The translations under genes were made by a program, and so were the position numbers. Below are positions 51,280 through 62,664 of a DNA stretch of 62,664 bases, piece by piece. The notes beneath the pieces are model-generated. The model was not told where the DNA came from. It saw only the letters and a program-made list of their open reading frames with translations, and ran no database searches. Within the stretch, counting starts at the first letter, position 1, and every line of letters starts with the position of its first letter. This DNA comes from Octopus bimaculoides (Eukaryota): positions 22,553,308 to 22,615,971 of the forward strand of contig NC_068995.1 in NCBI RefSeq assembly GCF_001194135.2, read 5' to 3'.

Positions 51280-51514
51280 TTTTCTGATGCATAACATGGA
51301 AACCAAATTATACTCAAATAATGTTGTATTCCTTCATATTAAAAGGGGTATCTTCCAAAGTGACCCGTTCTCTCCGTTATTATTTGTAATTGCACTAATA
51401 TCCGTAACAATGACACTTAGGGAAGTTAAGATGGTTTACCGATGTGGGGAAGAAAGGCCCATCATTATGGATGACCTGAAATTGTTGGGGGAATCTGAAA
51501 AACGAGTAAAATAA
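51280..51514 (+). mobile_element. R4/Dong-like RT fragment abutting (TAA)n
   Basis: IKRGIFQSDPFSPLLFVIALI...IIMDDLKL in ORF 51176-51514. Confidence 0.75.
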
Positions 51515-51710
<196 letters not shown>

Positions 51711-52696
51711 TCCTTACGCAAAAAGGCCTGTATCTTTGAATAGAACAGCATAGTCAATACATTCACCCAGTTTGCCGAGGGATGAAAGGCAAAATCGACC
51801 AAACGTGTGTGCTAAGCCAATATCCATATAATGAATTTTCTTGTTTGCTGCGTACATTTATAGATATTTAGAACAATAATTCTTTATTTTTGAAAATTTC
51901 GAGAAATTTCCCATTCCGTATCATAGTTAAGGTTTAAGTCGTAACACTTGAAACTGTCTCATACGTGTTAAATATGTTGCTTATGTTATCGAATCCGTTG
52001 TTGATAGCATAACTCTTAAACCTGTAAGATTATATCAAAGATTTAGATTTTCTTCGCTTTTCTTCCATTATAAAATGCTAAAGCGCTAAATGAATGTTAG
52101 AAATTTCGATAGTACCTTCGAATTCGTTCTGTTTCATCCCTAAGCGAGATCAGACTCCAAATGTTAACATATATGTGCTGTTAATTATATTACCTGGAGT
52201 GTGCTGATCCATAAGTAGCTGGAATGTTGAGTATCAGCAGGTGGTTAATGAAGTTTTCAGTTTTGTTGAAATGGTTGGTCATGGTTAAATTATGCGCGTG
52301 TTGGAGACATTTACAAAACTTCTAGTTATCACGCAGTTTTGTGTACGTACATATTCATATTGTGAAAGTAGCCAAAAATAAGATTGTGTTGGACATGAAT
52401 CTAAAGTTCTGAGTGACTGTGTTACTCGGGGATTTATTGGCGGTGATGGTTGTGTTGAGAATGATGAAAGACATATAAGGCATATGCTGGATGCGCACCT
52501 GAAGATACGTAGTTGGATGTCGATGGAGCTTAGTGAGCTTCCAACTAAAAGCATGCAAAGTTTATCAACTATTATGAGAGAGATAGAGATTGTAAAAACT
52601 GCTTCGAAGGTACAAACGCGCTTCTACATTGCAAATGCAAGCTATCTTACATCAAAAAAATCTGGCCATTCTTAAATCAGAATATAAAGCTGTAAT

Positions 52697-52747
<51 letters not shown>

Positions 52748-53059
52748 TATATTTACTTCCTTATTGTTTTTTTGGGGGGTTTGCAAGATTCTTTATGTGA
52801 ATTTGTGTGTTAAAACAAATTTTGCTTTCTCGTACCCGAGTACGTGTGTGCATGTGTGATTGTGTGCGTGCGTATGCGTGCGTGTGCGTGTTTGTATGTG
52901 ATCCACATTGAAATCACCAAGGACGATAGTTAGGTGATTCCTTGGCAAAGATAAAAGAGTTATCTGTTTACTTACAAAACTAAACCTACCTACCTACTTT
53001 ACCAACCAACAACGCTACCATAGTTTACGTGGAAACAATGAGCGTGTCTTCAAGGGAGA

Positions 53060-53292
53060 TAAACAAAGAACGTAAAATTGTAATCAACAAATGAAAAATC
53101 CTTCAGGAAACCATAAAGATTCCTGGATCACTTCCACAATTTCATCATCTGTTGCTTGTGTCATTACCAAATTTTCCTGCAAGTTTCATCAAATACCGTT
53201 CACAACTTTTTGAGTTATTTTGCACACAGACAGACAGACAGACAAACCAACGCCGATGAAAACATGACCTCCTCTCTTGGCAGGAGTAAATA
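53060..53292 (+). mobile_element. Helentron-associated non-autonomous element (HINE/DINE-1-like)
   Basis: AAGTTTCATCAAATACCGTTCACAACTTTTTGAGTTATTT, an (ACAG)n tract, then GAAAACATGACCTCCT...AGGAGT 3' stem-loop. This is the HINE/DINE-1 layout. Confidence 0.7.
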
Positions 53293-56200
53293 GAAGAAAC
53301 ATAACAATAACAACTCAAGCGAACTACGTATGTAGAATTGCAAATTTAATTTCTCTAAATGAGTAACGTAATGAGTAACCACAAGCCAGCAATTTTCTAT
53401 CAAAGGCATTACCACTAAAGCTACTCTTCATGAGTTGCAAATGCTTTATGTTGGTACAGGGGGAAGAGTATTTCGAAGTTATTTATGACTTATTTTTATC
53501 AAGTAAACAATCATAGTATGCCTAAGTGTGACAGAAACGTGGTACTAAATGCTTGGTATTAACTCTACCAGGCCTTGATATTATGTACAAGCACTACTAT
53601 GCTAATCATGTTTCTGTTATTTTATTATTTTATTATACGACAATATACTAAGAGTACAACTCTTCATTTCTTCGAAATTTACAGGATGCAATGTATATTT
53701 ACATGCAACCAAGATAAATCACCTTCAAACCAAAAGTACATTTGTTGATTCCACAACACTATTTAGTTGGATCATTACAATGTACATAGTTGTAACACTG
53801 ACATTTAATCATTGGTTATATCGCCACTCTCTCTTATCGTGCTACTACAGGATATTAATAACTTAAAATTCGAATCGATGATATATGGTACCTACCTTTC
53901 ATTTATTACACACAGAAAAAAAATAGCCCCGTTTCCGTCATCAGAATATATTCTCCGATCAATTACTGACTCTGCACTTTGGTGAAACTATGATTGTAAA
54001 AACTGCTTCTTACACCAAATAACAACATCCACTAATACTAGATGTATTGTCTTCTCGCTGACACAAGGAAAATTCATTGTGTGCGAGCAAAAGTACAAAT
54101 TACTTTCCGCAAATTGAGATGAAGAGGTAAAACATTTTGTAGTTATGCTATCTTAAGTTCTAGAGATTATTTGGTATGGGGAGTAGACTATAGTAGCTGA
54201 TCTGCAGAGCTGACATGTGAATCGTAATCTGTTCGCTGGAATGGTGATGATTCGGTTCTAGTAGCATGAACGTTGCATTATGCAGCGATGGCTATTGTCT
54301 TTCTTTTGAAGAGCTGTAGGACTTTGGAAGGAAAGTGGAGTAATTTGATTCATTATTGACTTAATAGGCAATTTCGCCCTTCAAGTTCAAGAATAAACAA
54401 AGGAGTGAGAAGTGAGACGTTAAAAGAAAAGCACAGGGAATATGGGATAATTGTAACTAGAAAACTATATGATACAGAAGTATTGCGATATATACACGCA
54501 GAGATGAGACGAAAACAAATGCCATGAGAGAATAGTCCCCAAAAAAGTAACGACAAACGCAAAGGACGAAGAGTTAGAATGATATAACGTCGAATAGTCA
54601 GAGAGTGAAGTTAACAAAGAAAAAAAAACGCTGAGGTAACAGAAAATCGAATAAAAATCTAGCAAAACATAGGGAAACGATCATGGAAAATAAAGTATCA
54701 TTAGTGTGGCAATGAAACTTGTGAGGATGTCAACATAAAGGTATCAAGTATGTAAATAGAATAGCACCTGTTATGACTGAAGTCATTATTGATCTTGTTA
54801 TATAATAGTCCATTTAACTGCAAGTTTTGATTTGTTTGTATACTATTTATAGGCTTTTGCAGTATACATACATATGTATACTTACTTACACACCCACACA
54901 AACATACTTATACACACGCATATATACATATATTTGTATATTTATATATATATATATATATATNNNNNNNNNNNNNNNNNNNNNNNNNNNNNNNNNNNNN
55001 NNNNNNNNNNNNNNNNNNNNNNNNNNNNNNNNNNNNNNNNNNNNNNNNNNNNNNNNNNNNNNNNNNNNNNNNNNNNNNNNNNNNNNNNNNNNNNNNNNNN
55101 NNNNNNNNNNNNNNNNNNNNNNNNNNNNNNNNNNNNNNNNNNNNNNNNNNNNNNNNNNNNNNNNNNNNNNNNNNNNNNNNNNNNNNNNNNNNNNNNNNNN
55201 NNNNNNNNNNNNNNNNNNNNNNNNNNNNNNNNNNNATATATATATATATATATATAAATATGTATGTATAAATATATATGTGTGTGTGCGTGTACATGTG
55301 TATGTGTACATGCGTATGTGTACATGCGTGTGTGTGTGTGAAAAGTAATAAGAACGCTGAACGTTTGTTTACAGCATAATGTTTCTGTGCACAGCTGTAA
55401 AAGTGTCTGCCAGAGCTATTTCATCGTGTAGTGATTGCAGTGTGTAACATACACAGCAACAAATGCACGCATACATACGGAAGAGGGCACATATACATAG
55501 ATACATACCTGCTTACATGCATGTATTATGGCATTATCGTACACATACGACACATACATGAGCGTACACAGATATAGCCATGCATTTTTACGTACATGCT
55601 CTCACACATCCACAAAAACTTACATATGTAGTATGTATATTATATGCATATATATTTGAAGCTGTGTGTATTTTTGACAGTGTATCTGAGATTATATTTC
55701 TAATAATAAATATGTGTGATTAAATAGGTGTGGTTGAAGAAAACTAAATCAAATATTTGTATTTCTGTGCAGAAGTAAAATAAACGTGATGTAAAAAATA
55801 TAAGAGAAACTTTTTGTCTCTTAAAATAGAGTAATACATGTTTATGTAATGTATACGATCCATTCATATGTATACGCGTGTTTCTATGTTATTATGTGTT
55901 TGTGCGTGTATGTGTGATTATAGACATATTTATATTCAAATACTTCAACGTTTTCCTCAGTAAATAAAACGTAATCTTGGGTTGAAAAGCTTAGATTTAA
56001 GTGGTTTTACAAAATAGTTATTTACTTAAGGCTGCAATAGAGAGGGAGGTTATATTGCAATGTTGATGGAGTATGATTTAAACAGTCTTTGTGTACCATA
56101 TGTACTTTTAGATGCTGTTTCAGAATGGATTTCAGATATTTGAGGGTTCTTGTGTATAGTATCACGTATGAGCAATAGCGTATTGCTGATTGCCTCATTC

Positions 56201-58304
56201 TCATTAAAAGCACCGTTATATTTATGTTGCTGACAATATAACGAGATATGCTTTGAAATTACAAACTTAAATATTTAATTCACCGACCCATTTTACGCCA
56301 TTTAGAAGTGCATGTTTGTTATCACTTCTTTTCAGTTCGCATCTCTTAAAAATCAAGGTCATTTCGTCTATTGAACATAAATCAATATTTCATCTATCTT
56401 ATTTGGCGCACTCAGTTAAGCAAGGTGGTAACAGCTGGTGAGATGAATACATGATAATCTTTTCTGCTACAATTTTGATTACACCTCGCGTTTATAACCT
56501 TTCATTTCAGTTCATGCAATGTTAATTCATTCTCATTACTAATGCCCTCGAGAAATGCACAACTAGCATATCATTCCATTTATCTTTACTCAAATATAAA
56601 GCTTTCCACCAATATAAAAAATATATTTTACTTAACATATGCAGAGTGACATGCCACGGTGTGAATTTTTAGTTGAAACCCATTTTACACCATTCAAGTT
56701 ACAAATGAATGAACTTTACTACCTCTTTAGCAATCCACTTGAGAATTGAATTTTGTATCACAAAAACAAGAAACGTTTTTTTAAAATTATATTCGAAGGT
56801 TCTTCCCTTTGCTTTTTTAACCTCCTGTCATATCTGATCAAATAAACCTGGAACGAAATGTTCGCCAGATTTTATTCAATGTGTCTTTCTAGTTTGAAGT
56901 CAGTACCGTATAGTTTAATTAACAATTGGCTGGTATATCTAGCAGGTCAGCAGCCGGGAAATAGAGACATGACTTGGCCCGTGTACTAAATGTTTCAGAG
57001 TGGCAAATGCAGTTTGTGTGATATTTTCAAAATTTGTATACAGAAATACTTGATTGTATGTTTGTTCACTCATGTGCATAATTTTAACCGAAGAACGATT
57101 TAGTATGAGAGAAAGGATTATTGGTGGAGAAATGAAGAATTACAATTGTAGCTACTTATTTTTATGCGGGTTATTAAGTATTCTCCTCAGCCTACACGCT
57201 ATGTTACCTCTCTCACCATAATACAAGCAAAATGAATATATGTAATCAACGAAGATACGTCACAACGGTCTTTCGATCTTCGTGGAATAACAGCCCTGTC
57301 TCCATCAGATCACACTCAACCATCTTAAGTAAAGAAGAATACATTGATCAATTTAGCCCCTGATATCCAAAGTATACTACACGCGTAGTGCTGGAATGCC
57401 TATGGTCAAGGAAGAGCGTGAATAGGGTAACAACACAATCAATATATTTGTGTATATCAGTTAGTTACAACTCATGGAACACTCGAACACACGCACACTC
57501 TCTTGCACATTCACACACGAATACACACAAACACCCCACGTGAATACATATCCCATATATACGTGCATGCATAAGTGTCTGTATGAGCATGTGTATCTGT
57601 TTATATGTGTTATATGCATGCGTACGAGAATGTATTTATTCATCTATTCATTCCTTCAATCACATAAACCTTAAACGATATAATATACTGATATACATCA
57701 TGAGTTGTAAGGTTACGAGATGTTCTTAATGGTCTAGGAAGCAATTATATCATTGGGCTGCACAAATCACCGACATGTTTGAAAGGCGGCAAGTATGGAG
57801 TGCAATTTGTGAGGTTTGTTGGTTAGTTAGCAAGTATTCATTGGTCGCAAAAGTATAGATTCCATCCAAGACCTAACGATCTCATTTATGGTGATTATTC
57901 AAATCAAAAGATAACATGATAAAACGTTATGCTTAACTGATGGGTATGGCCGACCTCAATAACGTATGTATCTGAAGTTTACTGAATTGTAAGTTATTTA
58001 TTAGCTGTTGTTTCGTGTACTTAAACATATATGTATTATACTGTATCTGCTGGAAAAATCTATTAAAGTGTATGCGTATATATATATATATATATATATN
58101 NNNNNNNNNNNNNNNNNNNNNNNNNNNNNNNNNNNNNNNNNNNNNNNNNNNNNNNNNNNNNNNNNNNNNNNNNNNNNNNNNNNNNNNNNNNNNNNNNNNN
58201 NNNNNNNNNNNNNNNNNNNNNNNNNNNNNNNNNNNNNNNNNNNNNNNNNNNNNNNNNNNNNNNNNNNNNNNNNNNNNNNNNNNNNNNNNNNNNNNNNNNN
58301 NNNN

Positions 58305-58352
<48 letters not shown>

Positions 58353-58353
58353 G

Positions 58354-58399
<46 letters not shown>

Positions 58400-58689
58400 C
58401 ACATGCACATATATATATATATATATTTATGTTTATGCATGTTTGTACGTATGTATGTATATATATATCAGATTTCTTATATGTGTGCATACAGGAATAT
58501 ATGTATTTACACAATGATAGATTAAAAGAGATATATACTTGATTTGAAGTTATATGCATGGATACAGGAAAACACATACGCACGTACAAACAGTGACACG
58601 TATATGCACAGACAAGATCATAAATACACAAACGCGCACGCGCGCATGTGTGTATATGTATATGTGTGTCTTTTCATGCATCCGTACAT

Positions 58690-58789
58690 GTAATTGTGTG
58701 TGTGTGTCTATCTGTCTATCTCTGTGTGTGTGTGAGTGTCTGTGTGTGTGTGTGTGTGTGTGTGTTTGTGTGTGTCTGTGTCTGTGTCT

Positions 58790-58872
<83 letters not shown>

Positions 58873-58875
58873 TGT
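58690..58875. repeat. Long (TG)n/(TGTC)n microsatellite
   Basis: Directly visible. Confidence 0.95.
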
Positions 58876-59510
58876 GTTAGTTTCAGAAAGAATATTTCTG
58901 TTTGCAGATGGGTTCTTCTTTAAGTTTTTATGTCATGTTTTTCTCTAAACTGCTGATCGAACTGGTTTCAAATGAGGAAAACTAGTCGGAAAATAATCAA
59001 TCTTTGACATTTCTTCTATTATTCTCTTTGTTTATAATATTTGATATTTAGTCTTCATAGTAAATTATGGGAACATGATTTATTGAACTTTTATCGAATA
59101 ATATGATGATAACATTTACAGAAATAAACCATGTTATTAGCATTTTCTCCTCTTGTTATGTATTACATTTGTATTCCGTGAAGTGCATTTTGTTATACTT
59201 CTCACAATATTATTGATAATATGTGTTGCATTGTTGATGAAACTTTCGTCATATTATTGGATTTCAGATGAATAATTTCTCTCAGTGGTTGTTGATTTAA
59301 AAAAAAAAAATACTGATTTTATGGATAAATGAATCACACCAATTGCATCGACCTCACTCATCTAACACGCTCCTTCGACTTCACCAATCTATTGAAATAT
59401 ATTTGTGCCTACGCATGTATGTATAAACACATGCATATGTATATATGCATATCATAAAATGTCAGGAGGTATAAGAGGTGAATATAGTTATTTAACCACT
59501 TGATGGCTGT

Positions 59511-59545
59511 AGGACGACGGCCGTTTCGCAGTCACATCGTATGAT
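59511..59545 (-). ncRNA. 3' half of a Penelope-type hammerhead
   Basis: Reverse complement GC-GAAAC-GGCC-GTC-GTCC with the palindrome ACGGCCGT. The CUGANGA half is not recognisable. Confidence 0.3.
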
Positions 59546-60295
59546 AATAGTATCTGTGTATAATAAATTACTTTACATGTTTGAACCAAATAAATGTTCA
59601 TATAGAATTCTAGTTGTTCTATAAACAGAACATGGTTCGACTCTCTTGCACACATACAAAATCATCCTGTATATATAAAATATGTGGCAGACAGATAATT
59701 GAATGGTATTGACAATTCAAAAAAAAAATGTAAATGATAGATGCATTTGCATATTGTCAATTAAGATATTGGATCTAAGTTTAGGTACTTGGCAATCGTT
59801 AATGTAAACAAAAGACTGGAAAGGGATTGAAGGTACTTAAATATACATTTAAACAATAAATTACAATAGATTACACGTGAATCAAGCAGCTGGAGATATA
59901 AACATTAACCCGATGAATAGTTTTCAAAAATAGTTACCAAAAAATGGGGCTAAAAACTCAAATGACCTTCAGATACGTTGTGTTCCACTACACTGTATTG
60001 AAGTCAACACACCTAGCCCGGCGGGTAGATACATAAAAGCATTAACATATTAAGAAATTGAAAGTAATAAAATAATAAAATACAGTTAATGAAATGATGA
60101 CAAAAAGAATTTAAAAATGCACAACCACACCTACATAGCTATATATTCATATTCTCATTAACCTACGCTTAGAGAGATAAACATTAGTACGCACTCAAAG
60201 ATGTGTGTCTACTCAATTATAAATGCTATATATAGCTAACTATGCGCCGAAACACATACAATATATGCACACAAATGTACGAAGAGGAAAACATA

Positions 60296-60385
<90 letters not shown>

Positions 60386-60505
60386 GAGTAAATATAGTGG
60401 TTTAGTTCACCGGTGATTTAAACGTCTAGGTACGCTAGCTATGTGCTGTAACGGTTATAGCCGAGACGGTAGTTATGGAGTCATTGCAGATTTCCAATAA
60501 AGCGG

Positions 60506-60641
60506 ATATATAATTGTTACACAGGACAACAAACGTTAAGGCAAGGCAAAAATGTTTTCATTTTTTTTTTAATAATAATATATATGACTTGAGATGTTTG
60601 CCTTGCCTTAACGTCTGTTGTCCTCTTTAACAAATATATAT
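60506..60641. repeat. Long inverted repeat flanked by (TA)n, MITE-like
   Basis: 60523-60550 AGGACAACAAACGTTAAGGCAAGGCAAA versus 60597-60624 is 27/28 complementary. Pairing extends outward about 17 bp with 3 mismatches into TA repeats. Confidence 0.8.
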
Positions 60642-61060
60642 ATATATATATATGTTGGAAGATGTAGGAGGATGTAGAATTGCAGAATCATGCGTTTGCT
60701 GTAGAGTGGCATCTTTAATTATATGATTGACTGGAAAGTTAAACCTCTGAAATGTAAGAAGTATTTTATGAATAGAAGATTGTGTAAACGGGCTAATGCA
60801 TCAGCTATTTCTCCAGTCAAGCCAAACTATGGTTATCCGAGGTAGGGAATTGTATATTTGTTTTGATGAAGGCTAAACTTTATTAGTGTTATTTCAGTAT
60901 TCGCGTGTAAAGTTAGGTATAGTTTATCATGCACGAACGATTTAAAAATTAAGGAGCTAGCATCAATGGGAAAATAATATTTTTATATGTAGTAGAATGC
61001 TAGAGTATGCTCCAATATACTATCTGTTACTGAAGTGGAAATAGATAAGAGGTTAACAAG

Positions 61061-61179
61061 ATAGTAGAATGTCTAAGTAGTAGAATGTCTAAGTAGTAGA
61101 ATGTCTAAGTAGTAGAATGTCTAAGTAGTAGAATGTCTAAGTAGTAGAATGTCTAAGTAGTAGAATGTCTAAGTAGTAG
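61061..61179. repeat. 16-bp tandem minisatellite (GTAGTAGAATGTCTAA), 7+ copies, running into a gap
   Basis: Units start at 61061, 61077, 61093, 61109, 61125, 61141, 61157 and 61173 (partial). Confidence 0.97.
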
Positions 61180-62633
61180 NNNNNNNNNNTCTGGATATGG
61201 CTTAATACATTGTCAATCAAAGTAAGACTAAATTATGGTAGGGAATTAAAGTAGGGGATTAACTGGCAAACATGAACACTTTAGATATAGGTGCTGGCAA
61301 TCATGGGTAAGAATTATTCCTACAAATAGACGAATGTGTGAATGTATTCTAATACATTATTTATTACTAAGATGGTATAACTTTATGGTTACTAAATATA
61401 TGAAATGTATTCGAAGCATTGATCTAGGCCAAAGGTTGTTAACCCATTTTGGCCAAAATCCCCCTCCCGTTTGACACAAATGCCCCAACCCCACCCCTAG
61501 AAAATATTCTTATTTTTGAAAATAATGTTGATATCAGCAGATAATGATTATAAAATAATGGACTTATATATGCGCTTGTACGCAGTCAGCAGTACAGATG
61601 TAGAAAAGGAAATGCCAAAAAACAAAATAAAGAATTAAAAGTTTGGTAATTGTATTTATTTCCACTAAGAGCAACGTGTTATCTTTCGAGAGAATGCTTT
61701 TTGGTACATGTAAATGCTGATGAAATGATTTCAAACCTTACCGATTTCCCTTACCAAAACAGCTAGAACTTGTGAAATAATTTGACATATTAGTTATTGT
61801 CAGCCAGGAGGAGGATTGTTTATGCTCAAGAAAGACATTTGATAGGAATTATTGCAACACATATGTACTTCATATGAGTAGCAAATTGTGGTGGATGGTA
61901 TTTACTGTACTCGGATCTAGTTAGTTTGAGTCACAAAATCAGCCCCTTTTTTAAAATGACGCAAAAACTTCTAAAATTTTGAAAATTAAGCATTCATTTC
62001 GTATTCAGGATCTAGTTTGTTTCATTCTCAAAATGTGCATTTTTTTAAAAAGAAGTAAAAAATCTGAAAATTGGTTATCTTGATGCAGTTTTCCACGCTT
62101 ATTACTATGAAGTCATGAACTTCTGACGAAAAAAATTGACACACACATTTTGGTTTAATTCTTGGTTTTACTATACAGACAGTCCAAATCTACCATTCGT
62201 TTCTCTTTATAATTTCCAGATAATATTTTGGATACATCAAAATCAAACTTGCGTAAATATGTGTGCCACAAACAGTAATTAAAAATTAAGGAAATAAATT
62301 TTTGGGAGATCTCTTATTAGGACTGACGTTTATTCTATTATGTAATATCTCCTAAAACTTATACATATACATGTATAAATGCATACAGAATCATACAAAT
62401 ATATACACACACATACATTTTTACAGTATTATATACATCCTTGTCTGTGAAATATTTTGGCATATCTACACAATTGTGCCCCAAAGATCTGCTGCTTCAT
62501 AATCTTGAGAAAATTAAATATTTATTTTCTACAGATATGCTTCTGATGATGTACATTGCAATTAAATTGGAATTCATTGTGAAAACCGTTTGTCCCTAAA
62601 GGAGTTTCAGAAAATTCATACCATAGGCTTTGT

Positions 62634-62664
<31 letters not shown>

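Noticed and set aside
53931-53944. Minus-strand CTGATGA-CG-GAAAC hammerhead core
   Set aside because: There is no room for stem II, and the flanks do not form stems I and III.
61061-61179. Possible CRISPR array
   Set aside because: The repeats are contiguous with no unique spacers, the context is eukaryotic and there are no cas genes.
61438-62330. piggyBac-like start TTAACCC and possible DNA transposon
   Set aside because: No matching opposite TIR or transposase motif was found.

Overview
AT-rich, repeat-dense eukaryotic DNA with many N-gaps flanked by (TA)n/(CA)n. The SINE and LINE content suggests an octopus (cephalopod) genome; this is inference, not a database result. I found no intact host gene, tRNA, rRNA or CRISPR array, and almost all listed ORFs are microsatellite, gap or decayed-transposon artefacts. 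The window is mostly mobile-element relics: at least eight pieces of R4/Dong-type non-LTR elements with restriction-like endonuclease, usually next to (TAA)n, plus several Penelope-like relics carrying degenerate hammerhead motifs, Tx1/L1 and CR1 LINE relics, a full-length but dead Tigger/pogo with both TIRs, mariner pieces, a Gypsy 5' fragment, a Helentron-type HINE, and two abundant tRNA-derived SINE families. Most interesting: (1) a decayed intronless class A GPCR on the minus strand at about 42990-44050, whose 5' third is still stop-free; (2) a non-coding element of about 550 bp with no tRNA head, found three times and always polarised within (TAA)n tracts like Dong, so a candidate Dong-mobilised partner; (3) long inverted repeat pairs that could form dsRNA. 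All alignments were done by eye.
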